Shown here piece by piece: positions 33,802 to 43,180 of a DNA stretch of 64,000 bases. The notes beneath the pieces were generated by a model. The model saw only the letters and a program-made list of their open reading frames with translations. It was not told the origin of the DNA and ran no database searches. The stretch is from Candidatus Latescibacterota bacterium (lineage in GTDB: Bacteria; Latescibacterota; UBA2968; UBA8231), in NCBI GenBank assembly GCA_965223905.1, contig CBDCXV010000001.1:1056001-1120000 (forward strand), written 5' to 3'. The position numbers were made by a program, and so were the translations under genes. Each line of letters starts with the position of its first letter. Position 1 is the stretch's first letter.

Positions 33802-34860
33802 ATGCCCGGTTCGAAGCTGTCCCCGGAACTGCAGGATTTTCTGCGGCGTCACGTACCTCTGATCGAAGAGGAGATGTTCTCCTTCCTGCCCGTGCAGGAG
33901 CCGGAGGAGTTCATGTACCGTCCGATGCGCGACTACCCCGAACGCGGGGGAAAGCGCTTGCGGCCGACCCTGGTCCTGCTCGCCTGCGACGCCCTGGGCG
34001 GCGACCTGCGAAAAGCGGTGCGCACCGCCTCGGCGTTCGAGATGTTTCAGTCCTTCGCCGTCATCCACGACGACATCGAGGACGATTCGGAATTCCGCCG
34101 GGGCAAGCCGTGCATTCACAAGCTATACGGCATTCCCTTGAGCATAAACGTCGGGGACGCCCTCTATGCGAAGGTGTTCGAGATCCTGTGCGCGAATCGC
34201 GACCTCCTGGGATGCGAGACGAGCATGGAGCTGATCGACGAAATGATCCGCGGATCCGTGCAGACCTTGGAGGGCCAGGCGTACGACATCGGCTGGATTC
34301 GCCGGCAGCATATCCCCACGGAAGAAGAGTTCATGGCCATGGTGACGAAGAAGACGGGGTGGTACACCGGCCGGGGACCTTGCACCGCGGGAGCGATCGT
34401 GGCCGGTGTCGGGGAACGCGAGCGCCGTCAGATAGGGGATTTCGGCGAAGCGATGGCTATCGCCTTTCAGATCAGGGACGACGTCCTCAACCTGCTGAGT
34501 CCGGCGCAGGATGAAGAGGAAGCCCCAGGTTTGACTTCGGGGGGCTACGGCAAGGAGCGCGGAGGGGACATCGCCGAGGGCAAACGGACCCTGCTGGTTA
34601 TCGACCTGCTGCGCAAGTGCACGGCGGAAGAGCGCACCGAAGTCCTCGAGATCCTCGGCCTGCACCGCGACCTGACCACGCAGGACCAGATCGAGCGGGT
34701 CATCGGACTCATCGAGTCGTACGGTTCGCTGCAGTACGCCGACGAGGTAGCTACTCGAAAAGCGGACGAGGCGCTGGCCCTGCTGGAACGGACCCAGCCA
34801 AGCGCATCCCGGGATTTACTGAAGGAGATGCTGGAGTTTTTCGTCCAGCGCGCTTTCTAG
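33802..34860 (+). CDS. Short-chain polyprenyl diphosphate synthase (GGPP synthase-like)
   Basis: GGKRLRP, FAVIHDDIEDDSEFRRG, EGQ, KT, FQIRDDVL, GDIAEGKRT. Confidence 0.9.
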   Translation: MPGSKLSPELQDFLRRHVPLIEEEMFSFLPVQEPEEFMYRPMRDYPERGGKRLRPTLVLLACDALGGDLRKAVRTASAFEMFQSFAVIHDDIEDDSEFRRGKPCIHKLYGIPLSINVGDALYAKVFEILCANRDLLGCETSMELIDEMIRGSVQTLEGQAYDIGWIRRQHIPTEEEFMAMVTKKTGWYTGRGPCTAGAIVAGVGERERRQIGDFGEAMAIAFQIRDDVLNLLSPAQDEEEAPGLTSGGYGKERGGDIAEGKRTLLVIDLLRKCTAEERTEVLEILGLHRDLTTQDQIERVIGLIESYGSLQYADEVATRKADEALALLERTQPSASRDLLKEMLEFFVQRAF

Positions 34861-35494
34861 CCATGGACCGGGCCGGCGCCAGCTGGCCGATCACTTCCTC
34901 CGCCAGGGGGCGAAGGTTGCGCTGCAACCGGCTTCGCCCCCGGTTGACCCGCGACTTCACCGTCCCTACGGGACACTCGATGATCTTGGCGATCTCTTCG
35001 TATGAGAGGCCGTTGAGGTCCCTCAGCAAAACAGCGTCGCGAAACTCGTCCGGAAGGGTCTGTATGGCCGTCTCCACGGATTGGTGGACGGTCCTGGTGT
35101 CGGTCACTTCACCAGGCAGGGCCTCGCCATCCACCGGCTCGTAGAACGGAGTGCGCTCCTCATCTTCCGAGGGCCCCGTCGGAACCCAGTGCCAGCGCTT
35201 GCGGCGTCTGAGTTCGGTCTTGGCCAGATTGCCGGCAATGGTGTACAACCAGGTCGACACCTGCTCGATGGCGGGAAACTGATTGCGGTGGCGAAGGCAT
35301 CTCAGAAAGGTTTCCTGGACGATGTCCTCCGATGTTTCCCGGTCGCCGACGAAGCGATATACGAAGTTGTGCAAAGGGACGCGGTAGCGGCGCACAAGAA
35401 TGGCCAGGGCGCTCGAGTCTTTCACCGCGGCCATCAGCACCGCCTTGTCCGAAAGGTCTTCAGTTCGTTCCTGGTTCAAGGTGTTCGCTTTCAT
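34751..35494 (-). CDS. ECF RNA polymerase sigma-70 factor
   Basis: EDIVQETF, TWLYTIAGN, LSYEEIA, VGTVKSRVNRGR; GGGGAAG RBS before ATG 35494. Confidence 0.9.
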   Translation of the reverse strand: MKANTLNQERTEDLSDKAVLMAAVKDSSALAILVRRYRVPLHNFVYRFVGDRETSEDIVQETFLRCLRHRNQFPAIEQVSTWLYTIAGNLAKTELRRRKRWHWVPTGPSEDEERTPFYEPVDGEALPGEVTDTRTVHQSVETAIQTLPDEFRDAVLLRDLNGLSYEEIAKIIECPVGTVKSRVNRGRSRLQRNLRPLAEEVIGQLAPARSMARKRAGRKTPASPSVNPGMRLAGSVPAGPAPRPLFE

Positions 35495-36033
35495 CGCTGC
35501 TTCCCCCTTTGTCTGCCGCCGAGAATCCGGTCTCGGGGCGGCATGAAGGGGAGCAAGCAATCGCCGTACCATTTTCATTCAGGATGGAACGACAGCCCCC
35601 GTGGTTGTCCCGGCATCGCCAGGCGAACAACACGCAAACCGGCCTTTTTCCGGCCATTCGGGATCCCTTCGGGTTTGCCTGGTGGCGAGGGCGGGCGGTA
35701 GTGGCTGGTAGCCGAATCTCCCTCTGATCCCGCTCGTGAAAGCGCGATTCCAGAGATTTCACAGGCTGTTCCGAATGAGCTGTTTCGTCACGCAGCCTGC
35801 TGCAGACCGGCCGCCCGGATTTCGTTTTGGGATCTGTCGGGAATCATGCCAAAACGGAGGCGAAACCGCCCGGACGGCCCGTGGTTCTGCTGAAGATCCA
35901 CTCAGTATTCTGAGACTCCTCAACAATCTGATGTTCACTGGCGCATTTTCCATTCAACTTCGATCGTTCCGTTTTGACGGCTGCTCCGGTGTGCGCCTAT
36001 CCTTCACGAATACCTGACCGCAAGGAAGTGCCC

Positions 36034-36783
36034 GTGGAGGAATTGCAACACAGACTGGCAGAGTTCTGCGCTGCCCACGGCATCGAGCGCTTTTCGCCCG
36101 CGGAGATCATCGAGCTCCTGGAGGATGGCGAGGAGGTCGGCTGGATCGTCGAGCAGGTTGCCGCCGGTTCGGATGCCTCCGGCCAGTTGGCGCGCCTGCT
36201 GACGGAAATCGCCGCGGAGACGGCCCCCTCTACGGAAGCGACGGCTCCATCTCCGGAGGGGGAGTCCCCATTGCGGGAGGACGTGGGCTTTCCAGGGCGA
36301 GAGGCCGCGGCAGCGGCCGAGGAAGTGGGTGAAGCCGCGACAGCCCCGGCGGATGAGCCCGGAGCGCCCCCGATGCAGGCCGCAACCGCACAAGACGGGA
36401 GTCTTGCCGATCTCGATGCTCTGAAGGATATCCAACTGCCGGAAGGCATCGACCGTGGGCAGGTCGAGCAGTTGCTCTCCTCTCCGCAAGGGGCCCTGCT
36501 GGCCGATTTCGGACTGTTTTGTCAGGAGAAGGGGGTTTCCCCGGATGAAGCCGCAGCGATGGGAAAGAAGGAGGGAGGCCCACTGGCAGAGCTGCGCGAG
36601 GAATGGCTCACAACGCCGCGCGCATCGCTCGACGGGCGCAGGCCTGCCGATCTGCTTGAGGAAGGCGGGATGTTCGGCAAGGTGGGGACCTACCGGCGCG
36701 AAGTTCCGAAAACCGGCCGCAACGACCCGTGTCCGTGCGCAAGCGGGAAGAAATACAAGAGATGTTGCGGAAGGGGAGATTAG
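36034..36783 (+). CDS. SEC-C motif protein
   Basis: C-terminal [18 protein letters not shown]; AAGGAAG before GTG. Confidence 0.8.
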   Translation: MEELQHRLAEFCAAHGIERFSPAEIIELLEDGEEVGWIVEQVAAGSDASGQLARLLTEIAAETAPSTEATAPSPEGESPLREDVGFPGREAAAAAEEVGEAATAPADEPGAPPMQAATAQDGSLADLDALKDIQLPEGIDRGQVEQLLSSPQGALLADFGLFCQEKGVSPDEAAAMGKKEGGPLAELREEWLTTPRASLDGRRPADLLEEGGMFGKVGTYRREVPKTGRNDPCPCASGKKYKRCCGRGD

Positions 36784-36787
36784 AGGG

Positions 36788-37333
36788 ATGAAACTGCGGC
36801 CCTCCGATTGGATAGACGGGGTGGCCATCGCCGAGCTGGAGGCGGTCGGGGACGAGCGGGGCTGGTTCGCCGAATTCTTCCGCAGCGAGTGGTTTCCAGA
36901 CATCTCCTGGGCCCAGCTCCAGTGCAACCGTTCCGAATCCAGGGCGGGAACCGTGCGGGGGCTGCACTACCATCACCTGCAGGTCGACTACTGGCATTGC
37001 CTCGCCGGAAGCCTGCGAGTCGGCCTCTACGACCTGCGGCGCTCCTCTCCCACCCGCGGACGGGGCGAGATTCTGCATCTCGATCATCGGCAGCCGCAGG
37101 GGCTGTTCATTCCCTCCGGCGTGGCGCACGGCTTCCTGGCCCTGACCGACGTCACCCTGACCTACGTGGTCAACCGCTACTACGACGGCGGGGTCGACGA
37201 GTACTCCCTCGCCTGGGACGACCCGGACCTGGGGCTTGCGTGGGACTTGGGGGAAGCGGAGGTCATCGTCTCATCCCGGGATGAAGCCAGCCCGCGACTC
37301 GGTCAACTCGACGAAGCCGACCTGCCGGAGTAG
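36788..37333 (+). CDS. rfbC: dTDP-4-dehydrorhamnose 3,5-epimerase family
   Basis: DERGWFAE, GTVRGLHYH, DLRRSSPT, GVAHGF, WDDPDL. Confidence 0.85.
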   Translation: MKLRPSDWIDGVAIAELEAVGDERGWFAEFFRSEWFPDISWAQLQCNRSESRAGTVRGLHYHHLQVDYWHCLAGSLRVGLYDLRRSSPTRGRGEILHLDHRQPQGLFIPSGVAHGFLALTDVTLTYVVNRYYDGGVDEYSLAWDDPDLGLAWDLGEAEVIVSSRDEASPRLGQLDEADLPE

Positions 37334-37343
37334 GGGATTCGCG

Positions 37344-38222
37344 ATGGTTGAGCGCAGCGACAGCGGCCGGGCAAACCTGATCGAGCAACTGATCGCTCGC
37401 CAAGCCCTGCGCATAGCCCCTGCCGGAGAGGTTTACTGGTACACCTCGGGCACCGTCGGACCGTACTACGTAAACACCCATTTCCTGTTCGGCGGACCTG
37501 AAAAAGCCGGGGAGCTTCTGGCCTTCATCGACGCCGAGAAGGAGAACGTCGGTCGCTTCGTCCCGGAGCTCTCGGCCCGATGCCGCGACATGTACGGCAG
37601 CGACCCGGTCTACGGGAATGTGGTCGACCGCCTCGCCGCGACCCTGAGGCCGAAGACGGCATCGCTGTCGATGATCTCAGGCGGAGAGCGCCGCGACTGG
37701 TTTTTTTCGGTTGCGGTCGCGCATCAGCTCGACCTGCCCCATCTCTACCTCTACAAGGACCAGCGGGGGTTTCTTGCCGGGAACGGAGCTGCGGTCGAGG
37801 CGAGGGACCTAACCGGAAAACGCTTCGCTCATGTCGCCGACCTGGTCACCGAGGCGTCGAGCTATTGCAATGCCTGGGTGCCGGCGCTGAGCAGCCGCGG
37901 GGGGTGTCTCGCCTGCGCTGCGAACGTCATCGACCGCGCCCAGGGAGGCGCGGAGGTGCTGAGATCACTCGGGGTGGAGGCCTGGAGCCTGCTGCGGTTG
38001 GACGAAAAGCTGTTCGCCGAAATGCTGCGGCAGAAACTGATCGATGCGGATCAGAAGGCGACCCTGGAGGCCTACTGCCGCGACCCCCACGGGGCGATGC
38101 GCCGTTTCCTCGAGAGCCATCCCCGATTTCTGGAGGCGGCCCTGGACAGCGACGACCCCCGCACCTCGGAACGCGCCAAGCTGCTGGTGAAGCAGGACAT
38201 CTACGGGCTCCACTCCGCCTGA
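37344..38222 (+). CDS. Orotate phosphoribosyltransferase-like protein (divergent PRTase)
   Basis: YTSGTVGPYY, ISGGERRDWFFS, PRPP loop HVADLVTEASS, IDRAQG. Confidence 0.65.
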   Translation: MVERSDSGRANLIEQLIARQALRIAPAGEVYWYTSGTVGPYYVNTHFLFGGPEKAGELLAFIDAEKENVGRFVPELSARCRDMYGSDPVYGNVVDRLAATLRPKTASLSMISGGERRDWFFSVAVAHQLDLPHLYLYKDQRGFLAGNGAAVEARDLTGKRFAHVADLVTEASSYCNAWVPALSSRGGCLACAANVIDRAQGGAEVLRSLGVEAWSLLRLDEKLFAEMLRQKLIDADQKATLEAYCRDPHGAMRRFLESHPRFLEAALDSDDPRTSERAKLLVKQDIYGLHSA

Positions 38223-38230
38223 GGACGCCG

Positions 38231-38249
38231 CGCGGGCTTTCAGCCCGCG
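38231..38249. terminator. Hairpin between convergent pyrE-like and smc genes
   Basis: CGCGGGCT-ttc-AGCCCGCG; no U-tract. Confidence 0.35.
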
Positions 38250-41200
38250 GCCTCTCCGAGAGCTTCCGGTTCCATCTGCACAGACACCATCTGCGAGACA
38301 CCCTCCTCCGGCATGGTGACGCCGTGGAGGGTGTTGGCCGCCGACATGCTGAGCTTGTTGTGGGTCACCAGGATGAACTGCGTCGACTCGGCAAACTCGC
38401 TGACCACGCGGATGAAGCGGCCGATGTTGACGTCGTCGAGGGGGGCGTCGACCTCGTCGAGGATACACCACGGACTCGGTTTAACCTGGTAGATGGCGAA
38501 CAGCAGGGCGATCGCGGTCAGGGCGCGCTCGCCACCCGACAGCAGGGCGATGCTCTGCAGGCGTTTTCCCCGCGGGCGAGCGGTGATTTCGATGGCCGCT
38601 TCGAGCGCGTCGACGTCCGTCTCGAGAACGAGATCCGCTTCGCCTCCTGGAAAAAAGCGGCTGAAGGTCTCCTTGAACTTTTCGCGGATCTCCTCGAAGG
38701 TCTCCCGGAACATGCGGCGGGCAGTGCGGTCGATCAGTTGCAGGGTCTTGCCCAGGTCTGCGGCGGCAGCAAGCAGATCGTCGCGGTGTTGAACGAGGAA
38801 ATCGTAGCGCTCCCGCTGCTGCTCGTACTCCTCGATGACCCCGACGTGTACCGCGCCGAGGCGCTCTAGTGAACGCCTCACCTGTCCAAGCCGCTCCTCG
38901 GTCGCCTGCGGATCGAACTCCTCCTCGACGACCGGTCCCTGCGGCTCGACCTCGACCTTCACCTCTTCCCGGAGTCGCTCGCGAATGTGCTCGGCGTCGT
39001 TCTGCAGCTCGGCGAGCCGGAGTTCGAGCTGGTGGCGCCGCTCCCTCTCCGCGCTATGCGCTCTTTGCAGTTTGCCTATTTCCCCTTCAAGGTCGCGGGA
39101 GCGGGTGAGGACCTCCTGCCAGGCCAACTGGCTCTCGTCGCGGTTCACTGCAAGTTGCTCGCGCCGCTGGTGCAGGCGGCGGATTTCCACCTCTGACCGC
39201 TCTTCGGAGGCCAGCAGTTGGTCGCAGTCCGAACCGGCTTGTTCAATCTCGGCGGTCAGCCGCTCGATTTCCCGGTTGTGGCTCTGGCCGATCTGGTCGA
39301 GTCTGAGCCCATCCCTGCGAAAGCTGTCCACCTGCTCGATGGCGCGGGCGCGTTCGACGCGCAGGGCTCCAAGTGTCTCGGAGGCGGCGCGGCGGTCTGC
39401 TTCCGCGGCTCGCAGTTTTTCATCGGCCTCCTGGATACCAGCCTCTGACTCGGAGACCTCCGCCTCCAGTTCGCCAAGACGGTCTCGTTCGGAAGCCAGC
39501 GCCGAAGCCAGGCTGGCAAGCTGCCCCGCCAGCGATGCCGAGCTTTCCTCGACCTCGGACTTCCGCGCTGCGATCCGCTCGTTCTCCGCTCCGATCTCCT
39601 GGAGTCGCAGTTCACATCTGAGGACCTCTTCTGTCGATTCGCTTGCGAGAGCCCCGAGCTCCGCGGTGTAACGGCTCAGGACCCCACGCCGCGACTCGGC
39701 CGCCGAGCAGGCCAGCTCGGCACCGGCGAGCCTGGCTCTGTCGCGGGCAATCTCCCGGCGCAGGCGGTCGATTTCAGCGCCGCGGCCGAGGAGCCCATCG
39801 TCCTCATCTTCTTCTTCGGAGGTGCGGCCACCTTTAAGGCAGCCGAAAAAATCGATCCCTTCTCCAGCGACGGTCACCAGCCGGACAGGAGACATCCCGC
39901 GCGAAGCCGCGGCAGCAGCGGAGTCGATCCGGTCGATCAGGAAGGTGTTGTGCAGAAGGCGCTCGACCAACGGCCGGATCTCGTCCCCTGCGCGCACATG
40001 GGCCGACAGCGGTCCGAGGACACCTGGAAGATCCTCCACGGCGACGGCGGGAGAGGGCGGGAAGCTCCAGTTCAGGGGAAAGACCCCGGCTCGCCCGGCG
40101 CCGTCCCGCAGGCGGCGGATCGCTTCCAGGGCGCCATCCTCGCTGTCGGTTACCAGCGCGTGCAGGGCGTCCCCGAGGGCGGTCTCGACCGCTTGGTAGA
40201 AATCGGGCTCTACCTCGATGAGATCGGCCAGCACCCCCCGGAAGAGCTCGCGCCGTTCCGGGTCCAGCATGAGACTCCGCACTCCGTGGGAGTACCCCTC
40301 GTACCCGGACCTGACTTTCTGGAGGACCTGCAGGCGGGCTTCGTTCGCCTCCAGCGATCGCAGCGCGGCGGCTCGTTCTTCAACAGCCCGCCCCAGCTGC
40401 CCTTCCACCTCCTTCAGACGCTGCTGGGCCGCGGCGAAATCCCCCTCGACCACTGCCTGCCGCCTTTCCCGCTCCGCCCGCTCCTGCTGCAGTGCGGCCA
40501 AAGGCTGCCCCTGCCCCTTCAAGGCGGCGCCCAGTTGGGTCTTTTCGGAAGCGAGTTGCTCCCGGGTCCCTTCCAGCGCCGCGGCTTCTGCCTGCAGCCT
40601 CTCGACGGTGCGGCCGCATTTCTCCCTGTCGCCAAGTGCGGCGCGCAGCCGCACGTTGGCGGCTTCGAGGGCGCTCTGCCGGCGTTGCCAGGCAGCTTCG
40701 GCGGCCGCCATCGCCTTTTCCTGGGATTGCAGCCGGCCGGCATCCGAGCGCAGCCTGCCTTCCGCATCCGAGAGCGCCCGGTGGGTCTGCTCTCGCTGCT
40801 GCCGGGAGGAGGCCAGTTGCTCCTGCTGCCGGTCGCGCTCTGCGGAGGATCGTTTGACGAACTGTTCCCGCGCCCCCCTGCGCTCCCGCACCGCGACCAG
40901 GTTCCGCTCCCGCTCGTGCAGCTGCTCGACGCATCGCGCCAGCTCCACCCCCACGACCTGGAGGTTTTTCTCCGTGGTGGCCACAGCGAGCCTGCGCTTC
41001 TCCAGCTCGGTTTCCTGCGCGGTAAGCTCGATGAGTCCCGAAACCGCCTTCTTCGACAGCTCGTCGAACTCCTGCCGCAGCGGCTTCAACTGTTCCTGGA
41101 TTTCGAAGAAACGGTGGCGGCCGAACAGCAGCTCGAGTTGTTCCCATTCCTGGCGCAGGGTCTGGTACCGCCTGGCGCGGCCGACCTGACGGCCGAGGTA

Positions 41201-41809
41201 GTCGACCTGCCGCTTGACCTCGCCGATGAGATCATCGAGCCGGGTAAGGTCAGCCTGCGTCGATTCCAGCTTGTTCCAGGTCGAGCGCCTGCGGGCCTTG
41301 TATTTCGTAATCCCGGCGGCCTCCTCGAGGATGCGCCTCCTGTTTTCGGTGCGTTCGCTGATGATCTCGTCAACCATGCCCTGCTCCATCACCGAGTAGG
41401 CACCCGGACCAAGGCCGGTGTCCATCAGCAGGTTCTGGATGTCGAGGAGCCGGCAGGGAACCTTGTTCAGTAGGTAGTCGGCTTCGCCGGAACGGAACAA
41501 TCGGCGCGTCACCGTAACCTCGCTGAATTCGATCGGCAGGGAGTGGCTCGAGTTGTCGATCGTCAGCGATACTTCCGACATCCCGAGCGGCTTGCGATGG
41601 CGCGTCCCGCTGAAGATCACGTCATCCATGCGGTGGCCGCGAACCGCTCCGGCCCGCTGCTCCCCGAGAACCCACCGGATCGCCTCGACAATGTTCGACT
41701 TGCCGCAGCCGTTGGGACCTACGATGGAGGTAATCCCACTGCCGAAGGGGATCTCAACTTTGGTGAGGAACGACTTGAAGCCGAAAATTTCGACATTCGT
41801 GAGCCGCAC
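38240..41809 (-). CDS. smc: Chromosome segregation protein SMC
   Basis: GFKSF, GPNGCGKSN, hinge region, LSGGE, ILDEVDAPLD, long coiled coils. Confidence 0.97.
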   Translation of the reverse strand: MRLTNVEIFGFKSFLTKVEIPFGSGITSIVGPNGCGKSNIVEAIRWVLGEQRAGAVRGHRMDDVIFSGTRHRKPLGMSEVSLTIDNSSHSLPIEFSEVTVTRRLFRSGEADYLLNKVPCRLLDIQNLLMDTGLGPGAYSVMEQGMVDEIISERTENRRRILEEAAGITKYKARRRSTWNKLESTQADLTRLDDLIGEVKRQVDYLGRQVGRARRYQTLRQEWEQLELLFGRHRFFEIQEQLKPLRQEFDELSKKAVSGLIELTAQETELEKRRLAVATTEKNLQVVGVELARCVEQLHERERNLVAVRERRGAREQFVKRSSAERDRQQEQLASSRQQREQTHRALSDAEGRLRSDAGRLQSQEKAMAAAEAAWQRRQSALEAANVRLRAALGDREKCGRTVERLQAEAAALEGTREQLASEKTQLGAALKGQGQPLAALQQERAERERRQAVVEGDFAAAQQRLKEVEGQLGRAVEERAAALRSLEANEARLQVLQKVRSGYEGYSHGVRSLMLDPERRELFRGVLADLIEVEPDFYQAVETALGDALHALVTDSEDGALEAIRRLRDGAGRAGVFPLNWSFPPSPAVAVEDLPGVLGPLSAHVRAGDEIRPLVERLLHNTFLIDRIDSAAAAASRGMSPVRLVTVAGEGIDFFGCLKGGRTSEEEDEDDGLLGRGAEIDRLRREIARDRARLAGAELACSAAESRRGVLSRYTAELGALASESTEEVLRCELRLQEIGAENERIAARKSEVEESSASLAGQLASLASALASERDRLGELEAEVSESEAGIQEADEKLRAAEADRRAASETLGALRVERARAIEQVDSFRRDGLRLDQIGQSHNREIERLTAEIEQAGSDCDQLLASEERSEVEIRRLHQRREQLAVNRDESQLAWQEVLTRSRDLEGEIGKLQRAHSAERERRHQLELRLAELQNDAEHIRERLREEVKVEVEPQGPVVEEEFDPQATEERLGQVRRSLERLGAVHVGVIEEYEQQRERYDFLVQHRDDLLAAAADLGKTLQLIDRTARRMFRETFEEIREKFKETFSRFFPGGEADLVLETDVDALEAAIEITARPRGKRLQSIALLSGGERALTAIALLFAIYQVKPSPWCILDEVDAPLDDVNIGRFIRVVSEFAESTQFILVTHNKLSMSAANTLHGVTMPEEGVSQMVSVQMEPEALGEAAG

Positions 41810-42015
41810 CTATGGAGCTCCTTTCTGCGCGTCGGCGATTCGAGGCGCGGAAAGCCCCGCCGCACCAGAGCTTTTTCGGGATCGTCGGACGAGGTGGGTG
41901 ATGAAAGGAATAATGCCGGCGAAACGTCTTGGGGAGAGAGCGCTGACAGTGGGGGAAGAGAGAACGACGGAACTACTCGTGACAACTGCACAACAATTTG
42001 TGCTGACTGTCGAGA

Positions 42016-42044
42016 ATGATACCACATGTAGAAGTCCCGGTCAA
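42016..42044 (-). promoter_or_regulatory. Sigma70 promoter for smc
   Basis: TTGACC-17 nt-TATCAT with TGn extension on - strand. Confidence 0.7.
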
Positions 42045-42135
42045 GGCATTGGGCGGCTGGCAGCGAAGCGAGCGGCGAGATGGAGCGCGCGCAGGCTGAC
42101 CGAAGCTTGGACGGGCGAGAGACTTCGCCGCCTCG

Positions 42136-42618
42136 TCAGGTCGGGGGATCGTCGTCGATTCGTCCCATCCCGATGATCTGCTCAGCCTGGATCTCCCGAC
42201 GTCCCGCGTAACCGCCGTCCAACTCGTGCCAGAAGCCGACCTCCGGCTCTCCGCGCTGCCAGCATATGAAGACCCAGCGCCCTTCGAAGACCGTCGGAAA
42301 ATCGATGAGCCCGCGATCGAGTCCGCCCGGCGGGAAGCGCATGCCGCGCCCGAGGATCTCTCGTGACACGACCTCGTTCAGTTCGCGTATGCGCGCCTTG
42401 GCCGAGGCGGTGTACCGGTCGTAGGCGGCGAGATCGGGGTTGGTCTCGGCGGCGAGCCGCTCGCCCCACATCACTTCGAGGATCTCGATCTGCCGGCGGA
42501 TGTCGAAGAGTTCCTGTTTTTTGCCGTCGAGTTGCTCGAAAACCGCGTTCAGGATGGGCAGCGAAGCATTGGCCTCCTCGACGGTAAAAGCCCTGCGTCC
42601 GGGATCGTGAATGGCCAT
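42136..42618 (-). CDS. DUF2203 family protein
   Basis: FTVEEANASLP, GLIDFP, CWQRGE, WHELDGGYAGR. Confidence 0.85.
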   Translation of the reverse strand: MAIHDPGRRAFTVEEANASLPILNAVFEQLDGKKQELFDIRRQIEILEVMWGERLAAETNPDLAAYDRYTASAKARIRELNEVVSREILGRGMRFPPGGLDRGLIDFPTVFEGRWVFICWQRGEPEVGFWHELDGGYAGRREIQAEQIIGMGRIDDDPPT

Positions 42619-42788
42619 GAGGGAGGGACTAGAGGTTCAGGTTGCGGGGCGCGGGAGTATACCGAAGCGGTGGGACCTTTGCAATTCAGGGTCGGGCGTG
42701 GGCCCCTGAAACAGGTTTGCCCCTCCATGGTCGATACGGCATATTAGAGCCGGTCCGAAGCGAGGAGGACTGCGAGAGCGAGCGGCAG

Positions 42789-43076
42789 ATGGCGGTAACG
42801 GAAGATGATGTCCGCAGGGTGGCGGACTTGGCGCGGCTGCACCTCTCCGACGAGGAGAAAGCCCTCCTCACCGAAGAGCTCAACAGAATTCTCTCCTACA
42901 TGGAGAAACTCGACGAACTCGACACCCGGGAGGTCGAGCCCACCTCCCATGTCGTCCCTGTCAGCAACCCCTTGCGCGCGGATGAGGCAGAGGCATTCCC
43001 CGACCGCGGCGAGATCCTGGCGCTGGCGCCGGATATCAAGGACGGGTATTTCAGAGTCCCGAAAATTATTGAGTAG
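42789..43076 (+). CDS. gatC: Asp/Glu-tRNA amidotransferase subunit C
   Basis: VRRVADLARL, LDTREVEPTSH, GYFRVPKI. Confidence 0.94.
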   Translation: MAVTEDDVRRVADLARLHLSDEEKALLTEELNRILSYMEKLDELDTREVEPTSHVVPVSNPLRADEAEAFPDRGEILALAPDIKDGYFRVPKIIE

Positions 43077-43082
43077 GAATCG

Positions 43083-43113
43083 GCGGCGGCAGCGATGTCG
43101 CCGCTTCTTTTTT
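43083..43113 (+). terminator. Intrinsic terminator after gatC
   Basis: GCGGCGGCA-GCGA-TGTCGCCGC followed by a T-rich tract. Confidence 0.8.
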
Positions 43114-43180
43114 GTGGTGGTCGGCCGATTTGTCGCCGGAAATTACTGGGCGTTGCAGCATTCCCGAAAAGGCATACGCA

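Noticed and set aside
35630-35685. c-di-GMP-I riboswitch (GGCAAACC on - strand)
   Set aside because: Lacks the GAAA tetraloop stem and the GACGCAAAG continuation
35834-35853. Sigma54 promoter TGGCATG upstream of ECF sigma
   Set aside because: No GC at the -12 position
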